This document shows, piece after piece, positions 25,336-37,189 of a stretch of 64,000 bases of DNA. The notes under the pieces were generated by a model. The model saw nothing but the letters and a program-made list of their open reading frames with translations, did no database searches and was not told the origin of the DNA. Within the stretch, counting starts at the first letter, position 1; every line of letters begins with the position of its first letter. The translations under genes and the position numbers were made by a program. This DNA is from Dimorphilus gyrociliatus (taxonomy: Eukaryota; Animalia; Annelida): contig CAJFCJ010000006.1 in NCBI GenBank assembly GCA_904063045.1, positions 5,465,100-5,529,099 of the forward strand, written 5' to 3'.

Positions 25336-27021
25336 TTAGGATATAAATTGATTATCAAATTCTTCCAAAGTTATTTTTCTCTTTTTGAGTTTTTTTAACT
25401 GTTTAAAATCATCATTTAATTCATCAACTTCCGTTTCATCTAATTTTCTTTTCCTTTTCTTCTCCTTTTCCTCTTTTCTTTTTAATTTTTTTATCTTTTT
25501 CTCCTTTTTCTTTGACCAAGCTTCAGTCTTTTCATTTTTTATCTTCTTCTTAGTTTTTTGAGTTCCATTTAGCAATCTAGTTTGTCTTGCTTTTTCCCTG
25601 AGTTTATCTTTAAATTTAATAGATTGATAATCCATTTCGACAGGTTCAAAGTTTACGACAGTTGTCTTCCTTAGCTCAGGCATTGATGGTAGATGTAAAA
25701 GGCCAAAACTATAAGCCAATCCGCCAAAATCTAATTCGTTTACATTAAAGATAACGTTACATTCGTGTTTACTATAAGCCCTAACAAAGGATACGTAAGC
25801 CCTTATCGCTCTTTCGTAAATGGCTCTATCAGCTTTTGAGAATTTTCTAACTTTATTTAATAAGTTTACAGCTTCTATGCAATCTTGTCTCTCTAATTCA
25901 ACTTTTTGGTTAATCTTTAGGAATTTAATATAGCTCTCTTCCGAAGGAAGTAATAGAATTAGAGACGAACCGTAATTCCCTATTCTGGCAGTTCTTCCCG
26001 CTCTGTGAATAAAATTTGAAGCACTTGTAGGAGGATCGTATTGAATGACCCAATCAATTTTCGGTATGTCGACTCCTCTGGCCATAACATCGGTACATAA
26101 GAGAACAGCGCTAACCTCTTTTCCAAATTGTTCAAAAGAGTTAAATCTATTACCTTTTTTACTATGAATAGATAAAATTTTTTGCTTCGGTAATAGATGT
26201 TGTATAAGTGGATAAAAGTAATCAACTGCAGCACAAGTACTAAAAAAGACTAGTATTTTACTCTTGGCGTGCATCTTTAATAAAGCTATAAGTTGATTGA
26301 ATTTCTTACTAGCATCAACTAGACAATAATAGTTCGATAGAGTATCTGGAACGTTCTCTTTTGAGTGTTTTTCAGTTACTTTAATTTGTACGGGATTCCT
26401 TAAACCAGCCCTAATTAAATCTTCTACTTGTTTAGTCTGAGTTGCGGAGAATAAGCCAGTTCTTCTTTGTTTCGGTAAATATTCTAAAATAGTATTTATG
26501 GAGACCTCGAAGCCCATTTCCAATAATCTATCAGCCTCGTCTAAAATTAATATTTCAGCAGCTTTAACGCTTGATCTTAATCCTTCGATTTGTTTAAACA
26601 GTTCAATAAAGCGTCCCGGAGTAACAATTAGTATATTTCCGCCGTTTTCGCTAAAATCCTTTATATTCTTCTCGGTTGAGGTGCCACCAACAAAGAGTAG
26701 TTTTGAAAATGGTGCATATTTCAGGAATATCTCTAGAACATTTGATATTTGAATAGCTAATTCACGCGTAGGAGTTATTATAATTGCTGGTACATCTTTC
26801 TTTCGAATTTCATTCTTAATTCGTAATAATTTCTCTATAATGGGAATAACAAATGCTAAAGTTTTCCCGCTACCAGTAACTGCTTCTACTGCAACATCTT
26901 TATTTTGTAAAAATAAGGGTATACAAGAAGCCTGAACGGGTGTCATCTGTTTAAACTTTAATTCTTTCAGAGCTGATCTCGTCTCCGGAGATAAATTCAA
27001 GTTTTTCCACTGCAAATTCAT
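25336..27021 (-). CDS. DDX55: ATP-dependent DEAD-box RNA helicase DDX55/Spb4, intronless, 561 aa
   Basis: Q motif FKQMTPVQ, AVTGSGKT, PTRELA, TPGR, ILDEADRLLEMGF, FSAT, TDVMARGVDIP, HRAGRTAR, DDX55-type AYVSFVRAYSKHEC and a Lys-rich tail. Confidence 0.96.
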   Translation of the reverse strand: MNLQWKNLNLSPETRSALKELKFKQMTPVQASCIPLFLQNKDVAVEAVTGSGKTLAFVIPIIEKLLRIKNEIRKKDVPAIIITPTRELAIQISNVLEIFLKYAPFSKLLFVGGTSTEKNIKDFSENGGNILIVTPGRFIELFKQIEGLRSSVKAAEILILDEADRLLEMGFEVSINTILEYLPKQRRTGLFSATQTKQVEDLIRAGLRNPVQIKVTEKHSKENVPDTLSNYYCLVDASKKFNQLIALLKMHAKSKILVFFSTCAAVDYFYPLIQHLLPKQKILSIHSKKGNRFNSFEQFGKEVSAVLLCTDVMARGVDIPKIDWVIQYDPPTSASNFIHRAGRTARIGNYGSSLILLLPSEESYIKFLKINQKVELERQDCIEAVNLLNKVRKFSKADRAIYERAIRAYVSFVRAYSKHECNVIFNVNELDFGGLAYSFGLLHLPSMPELRKTTVVNFEPVEMDYQSIKFKDKLREKARQTRLLNGTQKTKKKIKNEKTEAWSKKKEKKIKKLKRKEEKEKKRKRKLDETEVDELNDDFKQLKKLKKRKITLEEFDNQFIS

Positions 27022-27442
27022 GTTTGGAACACGTGCTTTCGCAAATGAAAAATATTAAGTGTCAAGGTTAAATATATTTTAGTGTGGTATAGTGGTCCAA
27101 GCGGTCTTTTTAGGGGGATATAAAATTTCGATAACGGAACCCGTGCGGCGGACGCCCTATGTAAAATTAAGCAGTCAGAACGATTTTTCTTTAGAGGAAG
27201 ACTAAATTGTCGTTCCTTTTGTTGTTTACATTGTTAATTTTTTTTTCTAGAAGTTGATACTGATTTTAAACATCAAGTGAGAGATGATTATTAATGATAA
27301 ACAATCGAGATAAGTGAGATTTACTGAAATCACTGGAAGATATTATTTTAATTAAGTGAACGGTAATAAGGAAGAAGACTGGTTTTTTTTTACTTTACAA
27401 CAAATAAACCGCAAATCTATTAGTCATTTTTGAAAAACGAGT
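27022..27442. promoter_or_regulatory. Probable bidirectional promoter between DDX55 (-) and the four-repeat gene (+)
   Basis: Head-to-head start codons 421 bp apart, with a locally GC-rich patch around 27080-27180. Confidence 0.5.
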
Positions 27443-30400
27443 ATGCAACCGGCAACACCCTCTGCACCAGTTCCTTATGATCAGATTGATTTATTCGCTG
27501 AACCTCCGGCCTATTCGACTTTACCACAAACACCCCGTAAGTATCAGTGTTGATTAATACATCATTATTTGAAATACGATTAGTTTATTGTTCTTTTGCA
27601 ATATAGCACCATATACACCAAGTGTTGGTCTAGAAAGTAGAGGATCGAAACTATATTTTGCGGACTTTTGTCCTAATGTTGTCTCCAAAACGATTTTTCA
27701 ACCAAGAAGATATGAAGATTTAGAGTTAGTATACTTTAAAAAGAAAAAGGAGACTTTTCTTACTCTCTTTCCATATATATATAGAAATAATTACAATTTT
27801 GTTACTTATATTTATATAGGATGATATTGAAAAGAGTAAATAACTGGCTAAAGATGCACGAAGGTAAATAGTATGCAAATATACAAACATACGTTGTATA
27901 CTGTGTATAAATATATAAATAACTTTTTTATTATTAAAGATGTGAGAATTGTTTCATGCGAAAGTATTACATGGACTGGCTTAAAGTTTAATAAGATAGT
28001 TTCTGATAATTCGTCGTTTCTAACGAATATGTCAGCTGGTAAGAGAACAAAATGTTTAAGAGGCTTAAGGCTTTGGTACTTAAGAAGCATTTTTCCAAAT
28101 CGACAAATGACGCCAGAGTGAGTAACAATTCTATATTCAATAATTTGTAATATATACTACTTGTTTCTATCAAGTTTAGCTTATTAAACATTTCTACTTT
28201 GCTTAAATATCAAAAATCTACAGCGTTATAAACGAATAATTAGACGTTTTGTAATTGACTTTTAATCTATATGGTCTAGAGGGTGGAATGTGAAAAACCG
28301 TTAAAAATCAAAAATGAAAGAGATGAAACGAAATAGTAGAAAGCCTATAAATCAATATCATTAAAAATCATATACACGGAGGCATGTAAAAGAAAAAACA
28401 TAAGCGCCTAGGCAGAATCACATTACTGAAGTATAGAAATATCTATTATCTATTATTATAAAGATCTTTAATACGTTCTATATGATGTATTGTTGTCTAT
28501 ATGTACATATACAACAGGCATATACTTATATCCTTGTATACGTATTAGTATTAAGTACACTGATCGAAATCAATAGGCTTAATATTATAATTTATCTTAA
28601 TGTATCTTAATGATTTGAAAACTTATAAAATCATAGTTTAACTGCCATTTTCATCAATTTATTAATATTTTTAGTTTATATGCTATCGCTCTTTCAAATA
28701 TAATAAGACCATTTAAAAACAACAACAACAAGCAACAACAATATTGTATAACGGAAATTGCATACTTTTCATAATTAAAAGGCAAAAATTTATATTAGAA
28801 TTTATTGTTCGGTAAATTATATCAAATATGGATTGTAGATAAATTTAAAAATATAATGATTGATTACTATCTAATTGATCAATTGATTAATCAGTTCCTT
28901 TACTATTTTCAGATCCTGTCAATTGGAAATTAAGACATTTCTTCCCTTAAAACGTGAAACGTTAAACAAGCTTTTTCATCGTGTCAATGATATTATCTCT
29001 TCGGAAGGCCTACCTGGAAGAATTCTAAATATAGAAACAATTTGGGGTAAATTTCTTAATATATCTAAGAACAATGAAAGTAATAAAAGATTAGGAAGAA
29101 ATATAAGCACAAAGATGTTTAACATTTAATTAATCGACTAATTTGTTTAATTTGCACTAACGCCTTTGTAAATATCAGTTAGCATATACAGTGTATAATT
29201 GCAGAAATATATTAAATAATAGGTTTATATATAATCTTTAGAACATTCGCCATTTTAAGTTTTTCTATTGTTAGAATGAATATAGTTTGTACTTTTCTTT
29301 TTCTTTTTGAAATCAAAAGGAAGAACTTAAGACAATGAACTATATAGCATTTAAATTACTTTTCCCTAATGGGCATATTGTTTCTTTCTAGTATAGATAA
29401 TATAAAAATCTTATTGCAATTATACGATAGTAATCTTAGTTATTCATTTTATTTTGAGACGGGTAAATACAAACCATGTTTGCATAAAAATATAATGAAT
29501 AACTGTTTACTTAATCTATTTACAAATATCTGGCATATTCAGTTTATTGTAATGTATTAAATGATAATCAATAGCTACATATATGTATATATATATATAT
29601 ATATTCGTCAATACCAAAATAGAACAAACATTTCTATGTACAGTTACATAAACATTATGTTTAACAACTAAACTCTTATAAAGATTTTCTTTCTTTCTTT
29701 CTCTTCTCCTTATGCCTCCTCATCCATCGTTCTCTTCACCTATCTAACTACTTTACTATTCGTTAGCTAAACAAAGCGAAAGTGGAAAATACAAGCCAAA
29801 TTTGGTTGAACCAAATCTCAGTTATTGGAAAGTTGCTCCGGATGAAACTAAAACAATTATTATTTGCCTTCGTCTACATATATTGAAAAATGAAAATTTT
29901 GAATATCCAGAATCAATTGGTTATCAAGACTTTTTACCAAAATTTGGCTTTCAGCCACAAACAGAAATCGATAGCTACGATACTTTCCGGGAAACTTTTG
30001 AGGAGGCTGCGAAATGGATGGCTCAACAGCAAGGTGTCAAATTTGTCAATGTTCAAAGCATGCCAGTTAAGATGAAAAAGAGAGGAGCTTTTGAAGAAAG
30101 GTGTAAATTTACAGAACATTTGTGCGCAACGGACAGAATGAATGTCTTAAAGGGTTTTAATAGAACAACTCATTATCTGAGAATAGTTAGATTATTCTAT
30201 ACAGTTCCAAGAACTAGTGATATAAGTTATTCGCCCCCAATGGCTAGTATTACTTTTCGGACTTTTACTCCACTTCAAGTGGTTGCAGCCAGCTCAAGGC
30301 AACCACCTCAATTTGAGAATACGAGACAAGTTGTTGAAAGAATTAATAACTGGTTAGGTATGACAGGTAAAAGATTTTATTATTGTTTAATTGTAGAAGA

Positions 30401-31133
30401 AAGAGTTAATTTTAATCTCGTATATTATCGTTATTAATACTAAAGGTGCCAGAATATTCCATGTTGAAACTGTTGCTGTTAAAAGTCAAGGTATTGGCAG
30501 CGATGAAACATATTTTCAAAGAAATTCCAATAACCCAGGTCGAGAAAGATGGCTTTATCATATACGGTAAGTAAACCAACTCTTCGTTGTAAGGGAACTT
30601 TTATTTATATCCGATAGAGGTCTCCGCTGTATATAAATATATATTTGAAGTATATATAGGTTGTATCTAATGGTATGTAGATATATATATATACCAATCA
30701 ACTAAACATTCACGCAACCTTTTTATATTAATACTATAAAATGTCATTAAAATGCCAACAAAAGTGATTTTATTATTATGTAATTATATTTGTTTTATTT
30801 TTGAAATAGTTTGAATATTACACTTAACGAATTACTTTTTATTATCTATATTTATATATTAAGTTATTTACAAAGTATACGTTTTATATAGATTAATACA
30901 TTGTACAGTATATATATATATACATTTATACGATTGTCTATTTTTGATGATGGAATATTCAATTCAATTAGTTCACTTTAAAGAGTATTAATTGTGAAAT
31001 ATTTATATGAAAACGGATTAATAATCACTTTTTTTCCCCATTTTTTAGGCTCTATTTAGATGGTGAATATACAGAGCATCATGGAGCTATAGCTGTAATA
31101 AATCCAACTGGAAATATCGTTCCATCTATATAA
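27443..31133 (+). CDS. Uncharacterised 457-aa protein with four tandem beta-alpha-beta-beta-like repeats, 8 exons
   Basis: Exons 27443-27536, 27607-27724, 27820-27863, 27940-28117, 28913-29046, 29767-30366, 30446-30566, 31049-31133 sum to 1374 nt in frame with GT-AG ends. Repeat consensus approximately DFxP...(Y/F)ExxxxxxxRxNxWL...RIxxxET...LRL(W/F/Y). Confidence 0.85.
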
Positions 31134-32269
31134 AAATGCATAATATATATGTACTGTGTATATATATTTTACACAAAATTTATTGTACTATTTCTAGTCA
31201 AAGGAATGCTAATCCATTTAGTTATTCGATATGTTATACTTATGAATATTTCCTGCACTTATCATTTTCTGTAGAAGTGCTTTTATAATAACTATTACTT
31301 TTCTCTCATTTCTCTTTTTTGATCTGTTCAAGTATTAGTTTCATTGTATTATTATGTATTTTTTACTTTTCTCTGGTTTATGAGTTTTGTTTTTTTCATT
31401 TTGTTATTTTTTTACCGCTAATCCTTTTTCTTTAGGATTAATATTTATCTTTTATTATCCAAAGCATTTTCCCAAATTCTAGATTCTACTTACCTTTTCC
31501 CAATGATAGAGACGGCAAGAAAATTTAGATTTTACAATTAAAAAACTATGTTTACATATTTTGTTTTATTATCACAATTTTATTCCTGCATTTATTTAGT
31601 TTCATTCTTGATGTCGATTTTTATGAATACTCATTAGCATGTTTTATATTGCTTTTATTATTATAATTTCTTGCCTCATCTAACCCTTTTAAATGACTAT
31701 CAACCTCATCTGCTTTATTTTTTAAACCTATTACTCTGAAAAGACTTAATCTTTCATCCCATTTAGCTTCTTCTACTTACCCCTCCTCTTTTTTTTTTCT
31801 ATAGTACTGTTCTCCTCCCTCTCTCTCTCCTCCTCCTCCCCCCCACAATGCTTTTAACAATGATAATAATAGAATGTGCATTATTGTTCTTTACTGAGAG
31901 AAAACTTTACCTAAAATTTTTTATATTTTATTATTCTATTGGTGTTTTTTATCAATTTGCTTTTTTTACACATTGGTTTAGACAACTATGAACTTGCACC
32001 TTCATGCAAGATATTTCTATTGACTTGTTTACGTAGGTTGCTTTTTCTAGTATTAGTTTTATTTTCTGTGTAATAAAAATACAAATAAAGAACCTTTGAT
32101 ATACAGTATAAACTAATATGTTTTGATGTTTGTCCTTAGCTCTTTATATATAATTGCAAAAATTGTAACAATTGAATAAAATAATAAATTGAATGATTGA
32201 AAGAAAGGAAGATAGACTAGGAAATGAGAGCTATTAAAGAATCTAAAAGATTGAGAGACTTCAATACAT

Positions 32270-32878
32270 TTAGTGACGTGTAGCGACGCGTAAATATTGT
32301 TCATGCTTGCCTGAAAGAGTATAAACTGATCGAGACTTTAGAAATGATTGGATTTTGTTGAATAATAATGCAGTTTGATTGTTGAAAGTAATTATTTTAC
32401 TATAAATCGTACGCATGGTTTCCCTGCAATTTTGATGCTTAGAACGGACGACATATGTTGAACAGAGAAAAAGATGTTCATTACTTAAAAATTTCACACA
32501 TTCTTAGAGGGTCAAGCGTGAAAAATTTTACTAATTTAAAGCGGAAGTTAACCTATTAGTCGAATTAGATGGGATAACAATTCGGATTCCAATCGTATCC
32601 TAGAAAGCTCCAATAGCGTGTAGCTTCGCTCCCGCAAAGCCCAACAGGTGCGAATTAGGAATGCGTAGTCAAGGAGATCAAATGTTGTCGATTGCAGAAT
32701 GTGGCCCCTGTATGTTGCAGTCTGTTCATATCCATTGTTGAACACTTCATTGAAAGTGGAGCGACAACCAACTCTTGAGTATGTTCCACTTCTTACAAGA
32801 GAAGTTCGTGTCGGCGATATTAAAGGAACAGATATAGTTATTGCGAACAAATAATAATAATAACGATAATAAGATCAT
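32270..32878 (-). pseudogene. Putative two-exon secreted protein (about 185 aa) carrying a +1 frameshift in the signal-peptide microsatellite (pseudogene, polymorphism or assembly error)
   Basis: ATG at 32878 gives MILLSLLLL, then one extra T near 32851, then LFAITISVP...LIRLI. A 50-nt intron (32552-32503, GTTAAC..TAAG) joins in phase to ECVKFLSNEH...VATRH-stop at 32270. Confidence 0.5.
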
Positions 32879-34425
32879 CTATACATAGAGTAAAGGCTAA
32901 ACTAAATATGCCATTTCCTATTTTTTTTGAATAAGCCTATAAATAAATAAAACACCTGCGTGTCCAATTCTTCATCTTTTTACAATCCTATCGCCTCTTT
33001 TCATGGCTAGAAAGAAAAAAAGTAAATTTTTCGGGTGTATCCGCATCTGCTCGCAGGTGCGCGATTATATATCAATTGGTGGTGGAGACCTTGGCTGCTT
33101 TATTACGCGTCTCTTTTCAATAGGCCATTTCCTTGCACCTTTAATAGTCTTATTTATATTTTCTTTAAAAATACATTTAACTCTTTATATGGATTTATTA
33201 TATTATAAAATAAGGAATATATTGTATGTTTATATAAATATATTTCTTTCTCGACTGACGAATCTTCCTTCCGCCTTTTCTTCCTATTCTCTCTTTTCTT
33301 CCTTCGCTTCTTCAACTTCTTTTTCTTCTTCTGTAATAGTCTTTTTTTTCGGTACTCTCGTCGTTACTTTACAATAATATAAAAAACATATTTATCTAAA
33401 TTTTTAACAGTTACGGAGGACAGATGGTCAGCGGAGACTCGAATGCGGGAATAATAGAAGTTATGATGGAGAGTTAGCGCTCATAACAGATGCGTCACTG
33501 ACCCTTTTTTATTCTTTAACCGACTTAATCTCGTATTTTTCTTATAATTTTTAATGATAAAAAAGAATTTATTTTGGCAAAGTGAAAAGGAAAAGAAAGA
33601 GAATGCAATTGTATTGTTTGTATTGTTTGAATGAAATAATCATTCAGATCTATAGATGTACAGAAATATAGATAGCTAAATAGATAGATAGGGATAGAGA
33701 GACAGAGAGATAGCTAGACAGACAGAGAAAGAAAGAGAGAGAGAAAGAGAGAGAGAGATAGAAAGAAAGAGAGAAAGAATGGAATTTTTAAATCCTCCTT
33801 AAAGAAAGAATTTTATATCTATTCAAAAGGTAAAAAAGTTTTGCAAGGAATTTACTAAATGTCTATGTAATTTATTATTATAAAAACATACAAAGAAAGA
33901 AGGAAAATGATGGAGAAATTGAGGCCAAGGAAGGACAGGAATAAGAGAAATTAATGGAAATAGAAAAACTATTTAACGAGAGAGTTTCAAGGGGAAATAG
34001 AAAGGTTATAGAGGAAGAGTTAAATGAAAGAAAAAGACAAATATAAAAAGCAATGTCCGGAAGAGACTATTAGGCTCAATTATGCAAATGAGCAAGACAT
34101 TTGTGCATATAATTGGACAGCTATCTAACGCTTACTTCCCTTCTAGCACAATAGGTGCAAATGACACGGAAATTATCATAACAAAACGGCGACCGCGGCG
34201 CTAGCGGCGAGTAGAGTAGCACTTTTCTCAGCGGGACAGCGCACGCGACTCGTATAGAATCGTTTACATTTAAAGTCGAAGAAGAAACGATTCCCTTGTC
34301 GCCTCTTTCCTTCATCCTTCAACAATCCAATTCTCTTTAGTCAAAGAGTTTACGGATAGTTTGTCTAGTAATTCCTTTAATATCTTTTTGATTTTTCATC
34401 CTCTGTTTTCGAACGTTTGTTAACG

Positions 34426-35175
34426 ATGGCTGAAACGGATGCTGCTCAACTATTGAGTTTCGTAGACAATCTTAAGATAACGCTTGACAAGCGACAGACA
34501 AGGTCGAAGAGGAGAGTCAATCATAGGAAATATATTGAAAAACAACTAAGGAAAAAAGGAACAGCAGGGATAGATGGTAAAGGTGAGCAAAATGACACTT
34601 CCTCATCAGTCGCCGCCGTCAGGCAGCCCAAATCTGTTAAACGGAAGCAGGATGAAAGAAAAGGTGTTAGTAAGCAAGTCAAATCATTGGACGCTCTTTT
34701 CGACCCTCGAACTCTGCACGAAAAATGCTGCGCTGACCAAAGTAAAAGAGTACCGTTACGGAAGAGAAAACTCCCCGCTTCCTTCTTTACCGAACCCACA
34801 TCTTCTCCCGAACAAAATTGCTACTATAACCTACCACCTTCTCACCATTATCAATCTCTTTCTTCAGGTCCAAATGTCCATTCGCAATCTCAGCCTGTTT
34901 CCCAACAAGTGACAAGTATGGCAACAACAGCTCCGTTAACTCCATGCGCCTATCAAAATTGGACTACTCCAATACAACAGCAGCAACAACAGCAACAACA
35001 GTATATTCCCTTACAAGAAGAAAATTACCAAGTTCCCCTCCAAGAAGAGTATTCTCCCTATTGCAATTACCCCCAACCTGACTGCAATCAACTACCAACT
35101 TTTCCTCAAGCCTTTTCACCACCAACCCTCGATTGGTCGGCTCCTTCTTCGTGTTTGACAGCATACATGTTCTGA
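34426..35175 (+). CDS. FAM181: FAM181 family protein (TEAD-binding), intronless, about 249 aa
   Basis: LLSFVDNLKITLDK...SKRRVNHRKYIEKQL, SLDALF and VPLRKRKLPASFFTEP match the FAM181A/B conserved blocks. ATG at 34426. Confidence 0.92.
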   Translation: MAETDAAQLLSFVDNLKITLDKRQTRSKRRVNHRKYIEKQLRKKGTAGIDGKGEQNDTSSSVAAVRQPKSVKRKQDERKGVSKQVKSLDALFDPRTLHEKCCADQSKRVPLRKRKLPASFFTEPTSSPEQNCYYNLPPSHHYQSLSSGPNVHSQSQPVSQQVTSMATTAPLTPCAYQNWTTPIQQQQQQQQQYIPLQEENYQVPLQEEYSPYCNYPQPDCNQLPTFPQAFSPPTLDWSAPSSCLTAYMF

Positions 35176-36264
35176 TAGAGTAATATAGTAATGTTATATA
35201 AAAAAATAAAATAACTGTACATTGTACCACTGCTTATACAGTATAAAAATAGAATTCGTATGTATATTATACATATATTCTTTGTGATATAAATGAAATA
35301 CAGACTAAAAAGTAAACAAAGAGAACTCAAGAGAGACAGAGAAGAAGAAGAAGAAGAAGAAGAAGAAAAAATAAGAATTTTAACGAATGGAAAGTTAATG
35401 TTCTTTCCCTTTTAACGGTTTCAAAGTGAAAAGTAGGGCGACGAAAAAATACTCCTGCGATAAATAGGGGAGGTACTCGAGAAAAATCACCGTTTTTTTG
35501 TCCTGCCAAACAATAAGTAGATAGAACGCGTTCAAACACGTAGAAGAAAAGAAAAAAAGGCGCGTAATTAAAATTAGATTGGTGAGCAAATAAACAATTT
35601 TCGAGTATTTTTGCCCATTTCTCTTTCTCTCTTAAGGATTTTGTCTTTCGATTTTTCGTTCTATTCATTGAACACAATAAAAAATGATCTTTCCTTGATT
35701 TATTCTTTAACACTAATCTTTCAGCTTTTTAGTCTTTTATACCAAAGTAAACACAATAAGTAAAAGTGGTGTGAATAATTGCGTTATTAATGTTTATTTC
35801 TTTATCGGCGCACCTATCGTTTGAACAATAGAGGGCGCTGGCTGCGATTACAGACGGAAGCATGTTTTAGTTTTTATTAGGGATATATAGATATGTATAT
35901 ATACAGATGTAAAACAAAAAAAAACAATGCATTTGACGTGCTTCATATTCTATTCCTTCCTTTTTATGTTGTTTTTTAATGGGGAGAATGTGGAGGGCGC
36001 TTGGAAGGTGGGCAGTCCGAGTGGGAAGGGATTATCTTTATTATTATTCTTCTTCTCTTCTCTTTGACTAGATTATTCAAATGAGAACGAAAGGATAAAT
36101 GTAAAAGAGATTAAACAGTTGTTAAATGGTTATTGTTCAAACGTCCCAGTTAGTTTGAACGTTCAAAATATACAGGCGAGATCCAATTGAGAAGGCCAAT
36201 CTCTAAATTGAAAAGAAGGGGAATAGATTAGACATAAATAAATAAATTCGAATTATAAAACGTT

Positions 36265-37006
36265 TTAGTGCCGTACGTTATCGAGACCTTTGCATAAATA
36301 ACGAACAATCTTATTCCGCTTATGCCGTAAAACGGCTTGTAAATGACCAGTCACGTGACAACGCATTTCTATTCTCTCCTCGTTCCGAGCTTCGTAAGAC
36401 GGAAGTGCAAGCCGTTCGCTTTCTATATGCATGAATGAATATAGGGATTTTTAGTAACTTAACCCAATAAACTTTAGCTTGAAAAAAATAGGAGAAATTC
36501 TTTTTTATATATGCCTATGATAAAACTAACCATTTGGAAAGTTATCATTAAGATCAGGGCCATTACTCTGCAAAAGTTGTATTAAATAAATTAGAATAGA
36601 GGAAAGTCAAATTCCTTAAATAGGGTTTAATAATAATAAAAAAAAACCACATGTATAATTATAAGTGTTTAGTGTTTAAGGAAGCTTCAACGATTGACAC
36701 GTACCTTGTATTCAATGATCCGAGTCCGCGAAGCGTCGACAATGATGTAAGAGTTCAATGAGCCATCAACTTTCCCCTCTAATAAAGGCGTCTGATCAAA
36801 GCTCGTCTTTAACTCGTGAATTGGAGTCAACTGATTACGTAATAAAACGCTAATTTCTTATGCGCATAATTTTGTAAAAGATATGACGTAATCTTATTCT
36901 TTACCTTTAACGTTTTATCATTACTTTCGTAAATTTTGTAATACTTTACAGTATTTCCCTTGCCGCAAATTGTTGTTAGAACGTTATTTTCATAATCAAT
37001 TTCCAT
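36265..37006 (-). CDS. Hypothetical four-exon gene, about 140 aa (may extend further 5')
   Basis: Exons 37006-36905, 36830-36705, 36567-36531, 36422-36265 with donors GTAAAG, GTACGT, GTTAGT and phase-consistent acceptors. Product MEIDYENNV...TLK/LTPIHELKT...IIEYK/SNGPDLNDNFPN/ESERLALPSYEARNEERIEMRCHVTGHLQ...NVRH. CTCF-like motif 170 bp upstream. Confidence 0.55.
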
Positions 37007-37175
37007 TCTATTAATATCTCTACTTTTCAATAATTTCTTCTTTTCTAATAAAAATAAATAGAAACACATTAAAAAAGTAATAGAATTACCATTTTATTTC
37101 TTTTAACTTTTACCATAATCTCTTTTATTAGATATATAAAATAAACATAAATTTGCTATTTTGAAACTGGTTGAT

Positions 37176-37189
37176 GCGCCATCTAGCGG
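37176..37189 (-). promoter_or_regulatory. CTCF-like motif CCGCTAGATGGCGC
   Basis: Close match to the CCASYAGRKGGCRS consensus. Related cores at about 22479, 35826, 40842, 43383, 49761, 49810 and 59808. Confidence 0.55.

Noticed and set aside
27083-27150. tRNA A-box-like TGGTATAGTGGT in the DDX55 promoter
   Set aside because: No proper GTTCRANNC B-box and no cloverleaf stems.
32600-32878. Unshifted frame from ATG 32878 has four in-frame TGA codons (selenoprotein idea)
   Set aside because: The translation is not protein-like and no SECIS is evident; the +1-shifted frame explains the region better.
13980-36400. PY motifs in several neighbours (FARP PPPY, Shisa-like PPSY, repeat protein PPAY, orphan LPSY) plus FAM181 as a WW/Hippo gene cluster
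   Set aside because: Four-residue motifs are common and nothing indicates co-regulation.
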